Source: Ylistrum balloti (Eukaryota). Taken from it: a stretch of 64,000 bases of DNA. Position numbers and translations under genes: made by a program. The notes below the pieces were generated by a model that saw only the letters and a list, made by a program, of their open reading frames with translations, made no database searches and was not told the origin of the DNA. Position 1 is the first letter of the stretch. The number at the start of each line of letters is the position of its first letter. The DNA lies in contig NW_026783003.1 in assembly GCF_031769215.1 (NCBI RefSeq), forward strand, positions 62,001-126,000, in the 5' to 3' direction. Shown here one piece after another: positions 1 to 12,800 of this stretch.

Positions 1-599
1 ACTTGGTAAGTGTAACTGACCCGTCATTGGATTAAGAAGATGACCCAGTGGTCGTAGCTATAGGGATGTCAAAAGGACTAGGCACTATCATCCTATTTTA
101 AGTTATCAAGCTTAACATGAAAGATAACTAAAATCATTGTTTCCAGATTGTTACATAATACAGATAAATGTTAAACCTGTTACTGACACCATAAAGACTC
201 AAAAGTCTTATGGAAACTAGGAAATGTCTGTAAGACATGAATGTCCACCCTCCTATTCATACAAGTTCTGGAGATACATACTGCAAGTAAGGTTGATAGG
301 GAACAAGACACGATGGGATGGACAGATAGATATAGTTGCATTGAAAATCATCTAAATTACAATAGATTTTAATACTGATATTGTTTAAGATAACTCAATA
401 CAATACAGACACAGACCATAATGTCAGTATGGTTATCGTTAAATATGTTTGTTGTAGTCAGTATAGAATGAGATACACTACTGAGGACAGACAATAATCC
501 AATTCCCACAGAACAGGTGTATTGTCGAAGGATTGTTTGATTGACAGAATATTCAGATGATAAGAAAAAATGGCAGATTTTAAGGAGACAGGATCACTC

Positions 600-889
600 T
601 CAGACAGGAAGCTGCACACTGCCTAGCTTGACCGTTGACCTGCCACCAACAGAGACCGCCCGAACCACCACATATATACGAAGGCCAGAAAGGTTTGTGA
701 TGACTGGTGGAATGTTTAATGTCATAGATGTGGCTCTGGTCTCCATCCATTGGGCAATGTCACCACTACCAAAGTTGCTGCCAGCAGAGACTTCATAGAA
801 AAGCTCATGTGTTGATGTAAACACTGTGTCCCATCCTATTGTCAATTCCTGATTGGAAGAGTCCCAGCTCACATCCAGTGGGGTATCAG
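600..889 (-). CDS. Exon 53 (terminal)
   Basis: gacag|CT DTPLDVSW...VVVRAVSVGGRSTVKLGSVQLPV*; no hydrophobic anchor. Confidence 0.9.
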
Positions 890-3800
890 CTGTCAATAAA
901 ACAACACATTCATATTTAACTGTACATGTGAAACAATACACCAGACTTGAACATTGTATAAAAACATGAGCCATTACAATAATTGAATTTTAGCATGACA
1001 CCAAACACTACCACCAAACACTACCATTGTCATGACACCAAACACTACCATTGGCACGACACCACTTACTACCATTGGCACAACACCAAACACTACCATT
1101 GGCACGACACCAAACACTACCATTTCTGATAGTATTAATGTAACAAATGCAGAAGTCACAAGTGACTTCTTGTATATACAAGATTTGCCCCTGACAATGT
1201 TAAGTATGGTGAATAAAAGTCACAAACCTGTAGCTGTATTCATTAACTGATTTGACCAGCTGGGCCAGGATTGTTTGTTATAATGAAATAAAGATGGACC
1301 TACTTATTCTATTTTGCTTCCTGGCAATTTCTGATTTATGTCTTTAAGCATTTACATATCTAAAGCGCTGACAAACAATTATTCTACATAAATGAACATG
1401 CCCAGTTCATTGTGGGGTAAAATAATTATATTTTGTAGGCTACAATCTGTCACCCCAAGAGGTATACTCCATCATCAAATTTATTATTTGTAGGCAAAAG
1501 ATTACTTATGACCTAAAGCAGAGAGGCATAGAGACACTAGCAATGTACATGACAAGGAATGAGATCTGGCGATGGTTGTTTAACGTCTGCTTAGAGACAA
1601 GCTGTGGTTAGTGAAAAATATTTCAAATCTGAAAAAAATCATAAGATTTGTTGAGAAAGATCAGATTGATAAATTATGAGCGTTAATTTTGCCTTTAAGT
1701 TTCTTTTTTTTTCTGTGGCAACAATTTAAATTTTCACTCACCACTAGTTATTTATAACTAACCTTCGAAGACCCAAGGCTACTTTTAAGCAGACTGTCCT
1801 CCTCTATTTGAAGAAAACATCTTGCAACCCAACATTTTTTAAATGGTAAAGTATTCACGACAAAGTACTTAAGGCAACACATTAATGCCTTTCAGTGCTA
1901 ACACAGTTCTCTGCTGTAATACTGGCAAAAACTAAGAAGAGTTAAACGGTTACCATTTATGGTGGGAGGCTGTGTGAACACTGTAAGATAAGTGTGACTT
2001 TGGACTGATAAGAATTAAACGGTTAACATTAATGGTGGGAGGCTGTGTGAACACTGTAAGATAAGTGTGACTTTGGACTGATAAGAATTAAACGGTTACC
2101 ATTAATGGTGGGAGGCTGTGTGAACACTAAGATAAGTGTGACTTTGGACTGATAAGAATTAAACGGTTACCATTAATGGTGGGAGGCTGTGTGAACACTG
2201 TAAGATAAGTGTGACTTTGGACTGATAAGAATTAAACGGTTACCATTAATGGTGGGAGGCTGTGTGAACACTGTAAGATAAGTGTGACTTTGGACTGATA
2301 AGAATTAAACGGTTACCATTAATGGTGGGAGGCTGTGTGAACACTAAGATAAGTGTGACTTTGGACTGATAAGAGTTAAACGGTTACCATTTATGGTGGA
2401 AGGCTGTGTGAACACTGTAAGATAAGTGTGACTTTGGACTGATAAGAATGAAACGGTTACCATTAATGGTGGGAGGCTGTGTGAACACTGTAAGATAAGT
2501 GTGACTTTGGACTGATAAGAATTAAACGGTTACCATTAATGGTGGGAGGCTGTGTGAACACTGTAAGATAAGTGTGACTTTGGACTGATAAGAATTAAAC
2601 GGTTACCATTAATGGTGGGAGGCTGTGTGAACACTGTAAGGTAAGTGTGACTTTGGACTGAAAAGAATTAAACGGTTACCATTAATGGTGGGAGGCTGTG
2701 TGAACACTGTAAGATAAGTGTGACTTTGGACTGATAAGAATTAAACGGTTACCATTAATGGTGGGAGGCTGTGTGAACACTGTAAGGTAAGTGTGACTTT
2801 GGACTGAAAAGAATTAAACGGTTACCATTAATGGTGGGAGGCTGTGTGAACACTGTAAGATAAGTGTGACTTTGGACTGATAAGAATTAAACGGTTACCA
2901 TTAATGGTGGGAGGCTGTGTGAACACTGTAAGATTAGTGGTGACCTTGGGGCTAGTCTTGTACTGAAGGTTCACAGCGGAAACATCCATGTCGTGTTCAC
3001 CTTCCGACAGGCTCAGACCATGTATCCACACATAGGTCTCCACCTGGTCTGAAGCTAACATCTTCCTCTTTTCACCATCCAGTGTAAACTGTAAACAGAG
3101 GAATTAACATGGGAGACCTCTCCACCAGAAATCAAATCTTTGAATTATTAACAGCTGCTGAGGTATTCATATTTAGGCAGTCTTTCTGATAGTTGAAGAT
3201 AAAACTATTATTTATACAGCATATTCTAAGTTTGTTTTGATATCATATTGGACACCAGAATACTTCCTAATACTGTATAGATGGAGGCTAATATTTTATG
3301 TTTTTTTTTTAATTTGGGCTATTTCACAATGAGTAAATTTTGCACATGTCCATTAACTGATATCCTTGTATACAGGTTTAAAGCATAGATTTTCTTACAT
3401 TTTAATTTATGCTAAATATTTCCCGAGGATTTAATAACCACAAATACAGCAAAATTAATCTACTCACGAATATTAACAACTATGCAGTACATTTTTATAC
3501 TCTTGTTAAAAACCATTCAGGTAAATAGCTTTGTGCTGCTTCTGTTTATGCATATATTGTTTAACATCAGAGCAGCATATCCTTCATTATCCCAAAATCT
3601 GACCCTAGATAAGTGTATTCCTTACTGTAAAGCCCTCAATGCCGATATGGTCTACAAAGCCTGACCACTTCAGACGAACTTGTGTGGTGTCGCCCTGATA
3701 GTGTGGGGCTGCTGCAAATTCCTCCTGTGACAGTCCAATTGTGCTGAACTGAACATTGTCCACTGCTGGACTGAGTCGAGAGATACGGACACCATCTGAT

Positions 3801-6800
3801 GACTTGACAGACTGAACACCAGCTTTGTTCTGACAGCGGATTGTTGAGTAGACAGTCATGCCCTGGACAGAGTCATAGCCAACATCTTGGACCTGTCCAG
3901 TAAACACATTATCAGGCATCCTCATGAAAGTTTGCAGTTCATTGCCGAATGGCTGGTACCCTGGAAAAATGTGATGTTGTTGTTAGCTATATATAAGCAG
4001 GAAAAAAAATCAGATGTGACCATTAACTACAAACAATTTCCATGACATTATGTCAAAAGCTTTCCTCTACATTACATTAATTAATGAATAAAGAATTATG
4101 CTGAATATATCTATCTCTTTGAAACAGCTAATAAGTTAAAGTAGCCCTCTTATTCACAAGCAATATGATCTCTAAACTATTGTACTGTCATGTGAGTTTA
4201 CGGCATCATGAATTGTTACTTATAAAGCTAAATATTGAATTTTACAATCATGCCATGTTTATCTGATTATTCAAAATCTGTTAAAATTTTTCAAAGTTGT
4301 TACTTTATTCTTATCAGGGTTAAAACCACATCATAGATTGAAACAATACTCACCTATAGCCCATTCACAAAAGTCCAATCCTGACTCTGGATCATTGACT
4401 TCCCAGTTGACAAGCACTTCATCTTGTTCCCAGGAGTCTAGGTCCAACTCTGCACAAAGGGAGATATTTTATCTTATCTTATCAAATATACGAAGTTAAA
4501 TAAACTATATCCTCCATGTCAAATAGTTTTGATTTTTATAGAATATAATTTGGAAAGTACATTGTCTTATGTAACTAATTATGGTGTTAGGTATATTGTG
4601 GTTAATATCTACCAGGGTTATAAGATACCAATGTGAAAACTAATCAACCAATGTTTACTCCATCAGACTTAATCACAAATGTTTATTATTCATTCATAGC
4701 AGTGAATAGTGCAAGAAAATGAGAGAAAAATCCCCAAGCATGTCCAGTAAATTCCCATGTATAGCGATTCCTATTTGGATGCAGAATACCAAGTGGTATA
4801 TACCTGGTATATCTCGTTTAATATGGACTGATCATACTCAATATTTTTGACATCTTAAACTAGGTTTCCAAGCAATAGGTTCTTTGTTTTTAGGATAATA
4901 TCATGTTTTCCTTGGACGGTCTTAATAACTCTTGGTGCCGTCTTTCCTTATTATTACATTGTTTTCTGTAACTAATTTGATAAATCTATAAATATCACAC
5001 ACAGTGTTAAGTACTTACCTGTTGTTCCTGTGCCTGAAAAATAAATATAAATACTCAAGTTAATTTAATAATATGCATTTCATTTAAGTAAGTCTTAAAG
5101 AGACAAACAAGAAAACTAGGTCAGACTAATAACACTTTTATCAAATTTCAACTGGTCTTTATATGTTCTTTAAATGTTGGATATTTTCCCTCCTAATAAG
5201 AATAAGAACTAATCATAGGGAGGCAACATATATTCTTTGGAACAAAACTTTTCCGAAACTGTCACATTGTGAAAGAATAGCAAGGTGAAGGTCTATCATC
5301 AATGTGAAGATGTACATACCTGAGCCATCATTGACAGCAGTGATGACAGGTGCAGTGAGATCTACCAGGATTGGTGAGGAATACGCTATACCTTGTAGCC
5401 CTGAAGTACTGGTAGCCACCACAGTGATGTATACCTCAGATTTGTGAACAAGGGTCACAGTGTTGTTGTAGGCAAATCTCTGCTGCCCAACACTGCGGAA
5501 ATCCTGAACTTGTGTCCCTCCCTTTTTGTAACCTGAAGTAGTTAAAATAAAACAACAATATACTCATTTATGGTTTGTTTTTGGGTTCATCATCCCTTGA
5601 ACAGTCAGGGTCAACTTCTCTGTTGATTATCTTATAAAATGCATGGAAGGCCTGTAGTATGCCATCCAGAGCAAATTAGGGTATTGTGTCTATCCCTAAA
5701 CACAACCATGACAGCACAGACTGATCTGTTTTTCATATATATTATGTCACCTGTCAATACTTACCTATAGCCCACAGGTACTCTGTGATGTGACTCTCTG
5801 CCTCCACAAAACTCCAAGAGCCATGTATTGATCCCCATTCATGCAAAAACACCACATGCGCATTTACAGTGTCAGAGGTTGTGCTGTCAGTATGTGAAAC
5901 ATGATGTACCTGAATGTCGTCGATCAGTATTCCAGTACCCCTGTCCAAACTACCAAGTCTTAGAGTTGCTGAAGTACTGGACATGACAAAATAAAATGTG
6001 TGGTGATGCCAGGTGATGATCTCTCTTGTATCTGAGTGGTGGTCATCAAGACGGTAAGCCTTGGTGTACATGAGGAAGACATGTCGATCACCGAACTCCA
6101 CAAAGCCCTCCTTATTAGCGATGACTGAGTCCACGCTGGGAAGATGAGAGGTGACAAACGTGACCCTGTACAGGCCGTCTACCTCAAGTCCACTGATGTC
6201 CTGGGACAGTGCACCTCGAACTATCACCATGGACCTACCATCTCTTGCCAGGTTGGTGTCAGATGACACAACGGCAACACATGTGTCCCAGGTACTTGTC
6301 CATTGCTGTGGGAGGTGTGAGGAATTCACATTACATATATCCGTGTTGTTGACATTGTCCCAGGAAATGGAATGGCCGTTACTGTTTTCAAATGACGGGT
6401 TTGTTGCCAGATTTACAGTGTCATAGTGGACCAGCTGGGATGGAATTGGTGGGGTGGTGTCCACTGTGACCCCATCTGATACAGCTGTATCAGACTGTTG
6501 TCCCAGACCATCTACAGCATACACCTTATTGTATACTCTCATACCTGGAATTACAGAATAATTTTTCACTTTTTATAGGGTATCAGTAGTGACTGTAATT
6601 CACTGAAGCACATAATTTTAAAGAGGGATAAAATGGAACATTTCATCTTTTAGTTCTTAAAATCAAGATAGGATTCATATTATAACATACCACTATTAAG
6701 AAAAATTACAGCTACAGTTAACATCATGTAAAAACCATCACAAAATAGTATGAATTGTTTGATACGATGATGAAAATCATAACTTTGCATATATGGGCAC

Positions 6801-9800
6801 ATTTATCTATATAATATGAAATAAAATAACTTTGAAACTTTGAAATGCTGCATATTGTTAGATTTACCATGAGAGAGCGATGTTGTCAGGTTAGCTCTGA
6901 CAGCAGTGCGGAGACCTACAGCTTCCCACCGTTTCACTGAACACTCTGTCTTGCTTTGGGTGCTGCCCACACACCAGTAATACGTCTTCACTCCAGCGTC
7001 AAGGTCCACAAATCCATGCCACGTTGCCCCCAAAAGTGTGGTACTACTTTGGTACTCTAAGTCATGAATACCTGTATTACAAACATATCATACTTGATGT
7101 ATTGATAACAATAACCTCATAGACATTAACATATACAAAAGGCCAAACGTTATCTATTGTTTCAAGAATTTTTTTTCAGATTAATTAGGTTTGCACACCA
7201 GTAAAATATTCCAACATGAAATCTAGATTTCTTTATGAAACATGTCCTGTAACCTTCATGACATTAATAAGATAGGCAGAATATAATCACTTAATGTAAA
7301 TGTATTAGAAAAAGAATCAAAGACGATTCAGCATTGCATAATCTGTAAATCCACTCTCAGCTGTTAAATAATAACAAATAAAATTAACACTAAGTCCCAC
7401 AGAGATATTGGCAGCTACAATTGTTTGTTCTTAACTTGTCCTTTAAAAGTTGGATCTTTCCCTTCTCTAATCTGTTTTTGCTCTTAAATATATTAAATTT
7501 GAATATTCTTAAGAAATAGTCATAATCATCTTTTTAACTGCCAAATCCAAGACTATCTGTTATTTATATTGTTTCTCTGATCAGTCTAAAAATCCAAAAG
7601 GGCACACCTAGGGACCAAGGGGAACCTACAAATTAAATTTGAGGAAGATCCATCTAGCATTTCCTTAGAAATAGTGATAACTAACTTTTGTTTTCAAAAT
7701 TTGCGATGGTAGCCTGTCAATCATTTTATTTTCCTGTTCAATTTTAAAATCAAGTATGCTATGACTGGGAACCAATAGGAATTTAAATTGAGATTCAATT
7801 AACAGCCATCCATTACAACTGTACTTCTCTAGTAATGCCAATTTTTTATTGACAAAATAAATGATGGCTAGCTGTCAGTCATTTTAATTTTCTGACAAGT
7901 CCAAAAATCAAACTTGCGGTACAAGAGAACAACGGAAACCTACATATGAAATTTGAGGAAAAAGTTCACTTTGTATTTCTCAGGACATAGCAATAACAAA
8001 AACTGTTTAAGGCCCATCATCTGATGATGGCAAGAAATTGGCTGCAGAAATACAGTTGATGTATTACAAGGGTTCTTTTGTGATTCCAATGTCCACAGTA
8101 AATTTACTCAAACAGTTTATTAGTCAAAACAACAATTACAGAATTCCACATCACCAACATCATACACTTGTATGTGACATGAGTCATACATTTTTCACCA
8201 CAAGATATAGATGTTAATGGTCACACAGTACAAACCTCTCCTGGTACTGCATATAGGGCAGTGAAGTTCTGATCCTAAAACACAGTATCACAATATCATG
8301 CAGATACAGTCACATCTATCATTCTCCAAGAAGTTGTGACATCCAATTCAATTTGTAACTAACAACATCATCACTCCAAGCACCAAATCAAACAAAAATC
8401 ACCTTAAGTATATTTGGCAAAAATCTCCTCGCATTTTGTGATAGTGAATACCATACACAGAATAGGTGGCAGGGACAAAGGTTAATTGAAGTCTGTGAAG
8501 AAGAGGGGAATGTGATTATCTGAGGAAGGGAATTTCATGTAGAAGAAGTAGTGACCAACTGAACACCATAAAAGTGAAGAAAAGGAGAACTAAGGACAGG
8601 GATGGAAAGAGGGTATGAAGAATGGAGGAGAGTGTAGAAATAAACAAGCATACTGATATTGCTGAAGAAGTACATAGGTCAACTTTCAGCATCCCCAGGC
8701 TACAGCACTGTCAAAGATTTTCTAAAATAGTAACAATGACCTTGACAAAATAACCTGTAACTCAGGTCACAGTGTAACAACCTTGTCAAAGATCATTCGA
8801 TGTATTATAAGAGTGTGAAGTTTGATGAGAATCCCTAAAGGAAAGAAGCCACTGGAGCGCTGACAATGATTTTCTTAAAATAGTAACAGTGGCCTTGACC
8901 CAACAACCCTGAGATTCATGCCTGTTTATATATATGTTTATTTGAAGCTTTAAAAGATTGTGAAGTTTCATGAGGCTCTCTACTGGAATGAAGCTGCTAG
9001 AGTAGTGACAATGATTTTCTAGAGATTGTACCAGTGACCTTGACACAACGACCCTGAAATTCATACTTGTCCAAGATATTTTGATGCTGAATAACTTTCT
9101 ATGTGTGCAGTTTATAGAGAATCCTTCAAGGAGTGAAGCTGCTTGTCCCATCACCTACTGAGTATTAAAATACATAGGTTAGAAGAATATGAAAAGAATT
9201 AGAATTTGGATATCAAAGAAAGTGCACAAATTTAGATAAAAGGAAAATTATTTAAAGAATGAATGAAGGCAGTATTAAAAGATGGGGGAATATCCAACTA
9301 AGGAACAGAGACAGTGGAAAAGGATTTGTATCACAACAGCAGAGAATGATAAGGAAGGGATGAGGATGGACAAAATAAAATGTCTATTTCTACAGCTACA
9401 CTTACCTGTGCCATCATACACTTTACCCATGACTGGCACTACATTGTCAATCACAAAGCCGTCTGACGACTCTGTGTGGTGCAGACCCGAGAAGCTATAG
9501 GCCACTACGTTGCTGTAATATTTGATACGAGTGTCCAGATTGAAGCGTGTAAAGTTGTAATTAGTGGTGGTTCCAGGGTAACTGGCTGCTACTATGTAGA
9601 CGTCATCACCTGGCAACATATTCATCACAGAAGATTTTTATTAACACAAGATAAAAAGCTCAAGGTGTGTGAAGGTTTCCAGTTGGTTCCTAACAATGAC
9701 CTACATGGTAAAACAAAAAAAGACAATTCTTGATAATATCAATTTATAATACATAAACCCTGAAACATACATACCTCCAGGCATGGTGCTGAGATATAGA

Positions 9801-12800
9801 TTGAAGGTACGGATGTAGGAGGCTGCATTGAGAAACTTGTTTTTCCAGCTGACCATGAAGGGTTGGTACTCTAAAAAGTCCATGTCCTTGTGGTTGTGTT
9901 TGTGGTTTGATTCAGTCACCTGAAGTATTTATAATTGAAAACCATCAGTAAGTCTAATTTATCAGAGGCACAAACATTAAAATCTAGTAACACTTTTAAA
10001 CTAGAAATTCACCACTTTTCACTTGTTTTTCTCAAAAGAACATTTTTTGTATTCATTGCAAGCTATACATTGATGATACATCTTTAGAATAAGTCACCAA
10101 AACTTCATCTACTAATCAAATTATGTATCTCAGTTCCATTTTTAAGATTGTTGGAAAAAGATTTGTTCTACACATTTGTTGTTAAAAACATTTGACCGTT
10201 GAGATGTAGGAAACTTGCATTCATTGAATACCACGACAGAAAAGCACTGAACTAGAAACTGGTTGTACTAATTACAATATCTGTATGTTGTTATCATAAC
10301 ATTTACTGTGTAAATTCACCATTGTGTCAATTAAAAGATAGTTACACACTAAAATTCTATTACATCATGCTTTCCCTATAATTCATTTAAGGAAAAGGCC
10401 ACATACTGCACTTCCTCGTAGGTTGGTTGGAGTAGGCGGTGTTGTCATTATGGTTACACCAGAAGATTTGTAGATTGCATAGATATTGGAGGCATACCAA
10501 ACCCTGATGAAAAATGCATAGGATATGCCCTCTGATAGAATAGGTTTTTCTGAAGAAAAGAAAAGAATCATTGATGCAAGTGTGACATATATCCAGGGGT
10601 GTAGGAAATTCTGTTACATACAGGTAAATTCATAATTTGTTGCTGATCATGATCAAGAATTCATGAACATTACACTTAAAAAAATCTACAATCAAACTTG
10701 TTAATAAAGTTTTTTATGCTTGTGTTTTTATTGATTTAACTTGCTAGCTGATCATTCCCTCAGGATTTTAAACATTTTTAATACACTTGACCCAAGTGAC
10801 GACCTAAGGTCAAGGTCATTAATTATTCTGGCTTATCTCCACTAGATTGAACCCTAACCAGTCTTTGCATAACAAGTATGGCATTTGTTTTTGCTTTCTT
10901 GTTTGACAATTCTAATCAGTGTAAAGTGAAGAAGTCATTTAACCAGAACACTGAAGAGCTCATCATACGAACCCCGAGGAACCAGAAACAATTGCTGCAT
11001 ATTCTGTCCAGCATCATGCCAAATTCTCTCATCAGCCTGATGAAAAATCCCCTCAGGTGAGTCTAAGATCTCAAAGCAAACACTCCACTCAAACCTGTAA
11101 AGGAAGTGATTGTAACAGATAACATGCTTTATCAATTACCTGCTTTTTGGAATAAATATGACACATATATATGTGCACATTCTACCAAAGAAACATTGAA
11201 CAAATGAAATGTTTAAGAAAAAATGAAATATTTTATGTTTATAAATTTTTGCCAATGAAATATAGGTATGATGATAAAGCAGTCAATCCAAAATGGCGTA
11301 GTCTTGTTGTCAAGTACAACGTCAATCTATCTGAGGACAGGGAGCACACAAATATTTCCCGAACTCTTTTTAAAACCTCTATAGTTTATGTTTGGATCAG
11401 CCTTTCTTTTATATCGTTTTCCTTTAAAATGTGATTAAAAGAAAATTTAATATTTTTTTCCATTAAATATCATATATATTTCACTAGTATGACTATAGAA
11501 TATATCTACATTTTACATCCATGCAAAAATACAGATATTCTGTTATACATGTGAAATATATATGACATTAAATAGGAAACCATTATAAACCCTGTATTTA
11601 TCTCCCTTGAACAACACTTACAGGAAACTTGCGAATACGATGGACCTGTCAAGGACTTACCAGAGGGGTTGTAATCCACTAAAGTCTGATATTTCCCAGG
11701 AGGCACCAAGTCCCATATTTGTGGCAGTGAAACCTGTGATACTGTCGAAGTCTTTCACATCCAGGGGAGAGTTAGGATTATCTGTAACAGTCAGCAGTTG
11801 TAATAATAATAATAAAAAATGGTAGAAATTATTTATGATTAACAAATTCTGAATACAAAACCAAGAAAAAAACAGAAAATAAATCATGTGAATATTTTGT
11901 TTTGACTGTCGAACAAGAGCTTCAATCAATATTACTGTCAATCAATTCCTATAACTAACTTGAAAGTTTTCTACACTTTACAAAATATAAATATGTCATG
12001 TACATTACTTTTTCGCACAGAACAGTTTCCTTTTTTTCAATTTAGCAAAAATATCATTCATTTGAGTATGATTCATATAAAATCTATGAATCTGTGTAAT
12101 TTTTGTGTATTTTCATTGGTGAAAGAATTATTATTAAGGCCAGGATAATGGTCCAATAATGTTTTCAAATTTACCCTGTGAAGTGTAGTTGGTACATGGA
12201 TCCAAGTGACTGTAAGGACACACATTGTCCTGCGGAGCGCATACACAGTGACCCAAACATGAGTACGAGTCACAGCGACGGACCAACTCCAGAGCACCGC
12301 CAGATATCTTTCTAAACATCGAGTGAATGATAGAGCTTGACAAGCCTACCTGTAAATAGTAATTAAAAGTATGCAAGTTAGTACACAAATCGAAAATAAG
12401 TCTTCTCAAGAAATCATGATAACAAATTATAACTGTCAAAATCAAAGATGGCCATTTTGTTTTTCTGATCAGTACAGAAATTGACAGTGAACTTCTTTTC
12501 TATGGACATTACAACCTGAAGAAAGTGTGTCAAAAGAAGGTGGTGATGCATAAGTTGGAACCAATGGAAATCAACATATGGAATTTGAGGACAATTCATC
12601 CCTATGTCTTAAAAAACAGTGATTACAAGATTGTTCAAGGATGGACATTGGACCCTGATAGATGAAGGAGCAATTTGACAGCCCTATATATGATGAAAAT
12701 GGACTAATAAGCAATGTTACTTATATAGAATTGATGACAGAAGCCCTGCTGGAGGTCTATCAGTGTAATGTTACTTATATAGAATTGAGGATGGAAGCCC

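Noticed and set aside
368-373. ATTAAA (minus strand) as the poly(A) signal
   Set aside because: A single variant hexamer in AT-rich DNA is not informative without 3'-end data; the UTR may extend beyond the window.
1150-1190. Extra exon between exons 52 and 53 (gtcag|GG GCA AAT...)
   Set aside because: Hits TGA after about 11 codons with no good donor; exon 52 joins exon 53 in frame without it.
1940-2940. CRISPR-like array (also considered for the 38-, 46- and 31-bp arrays)
   Set aside because: Head-to-tail repeats with no unique spacers, no cas genes, and a eukaryotic intron-containing context.
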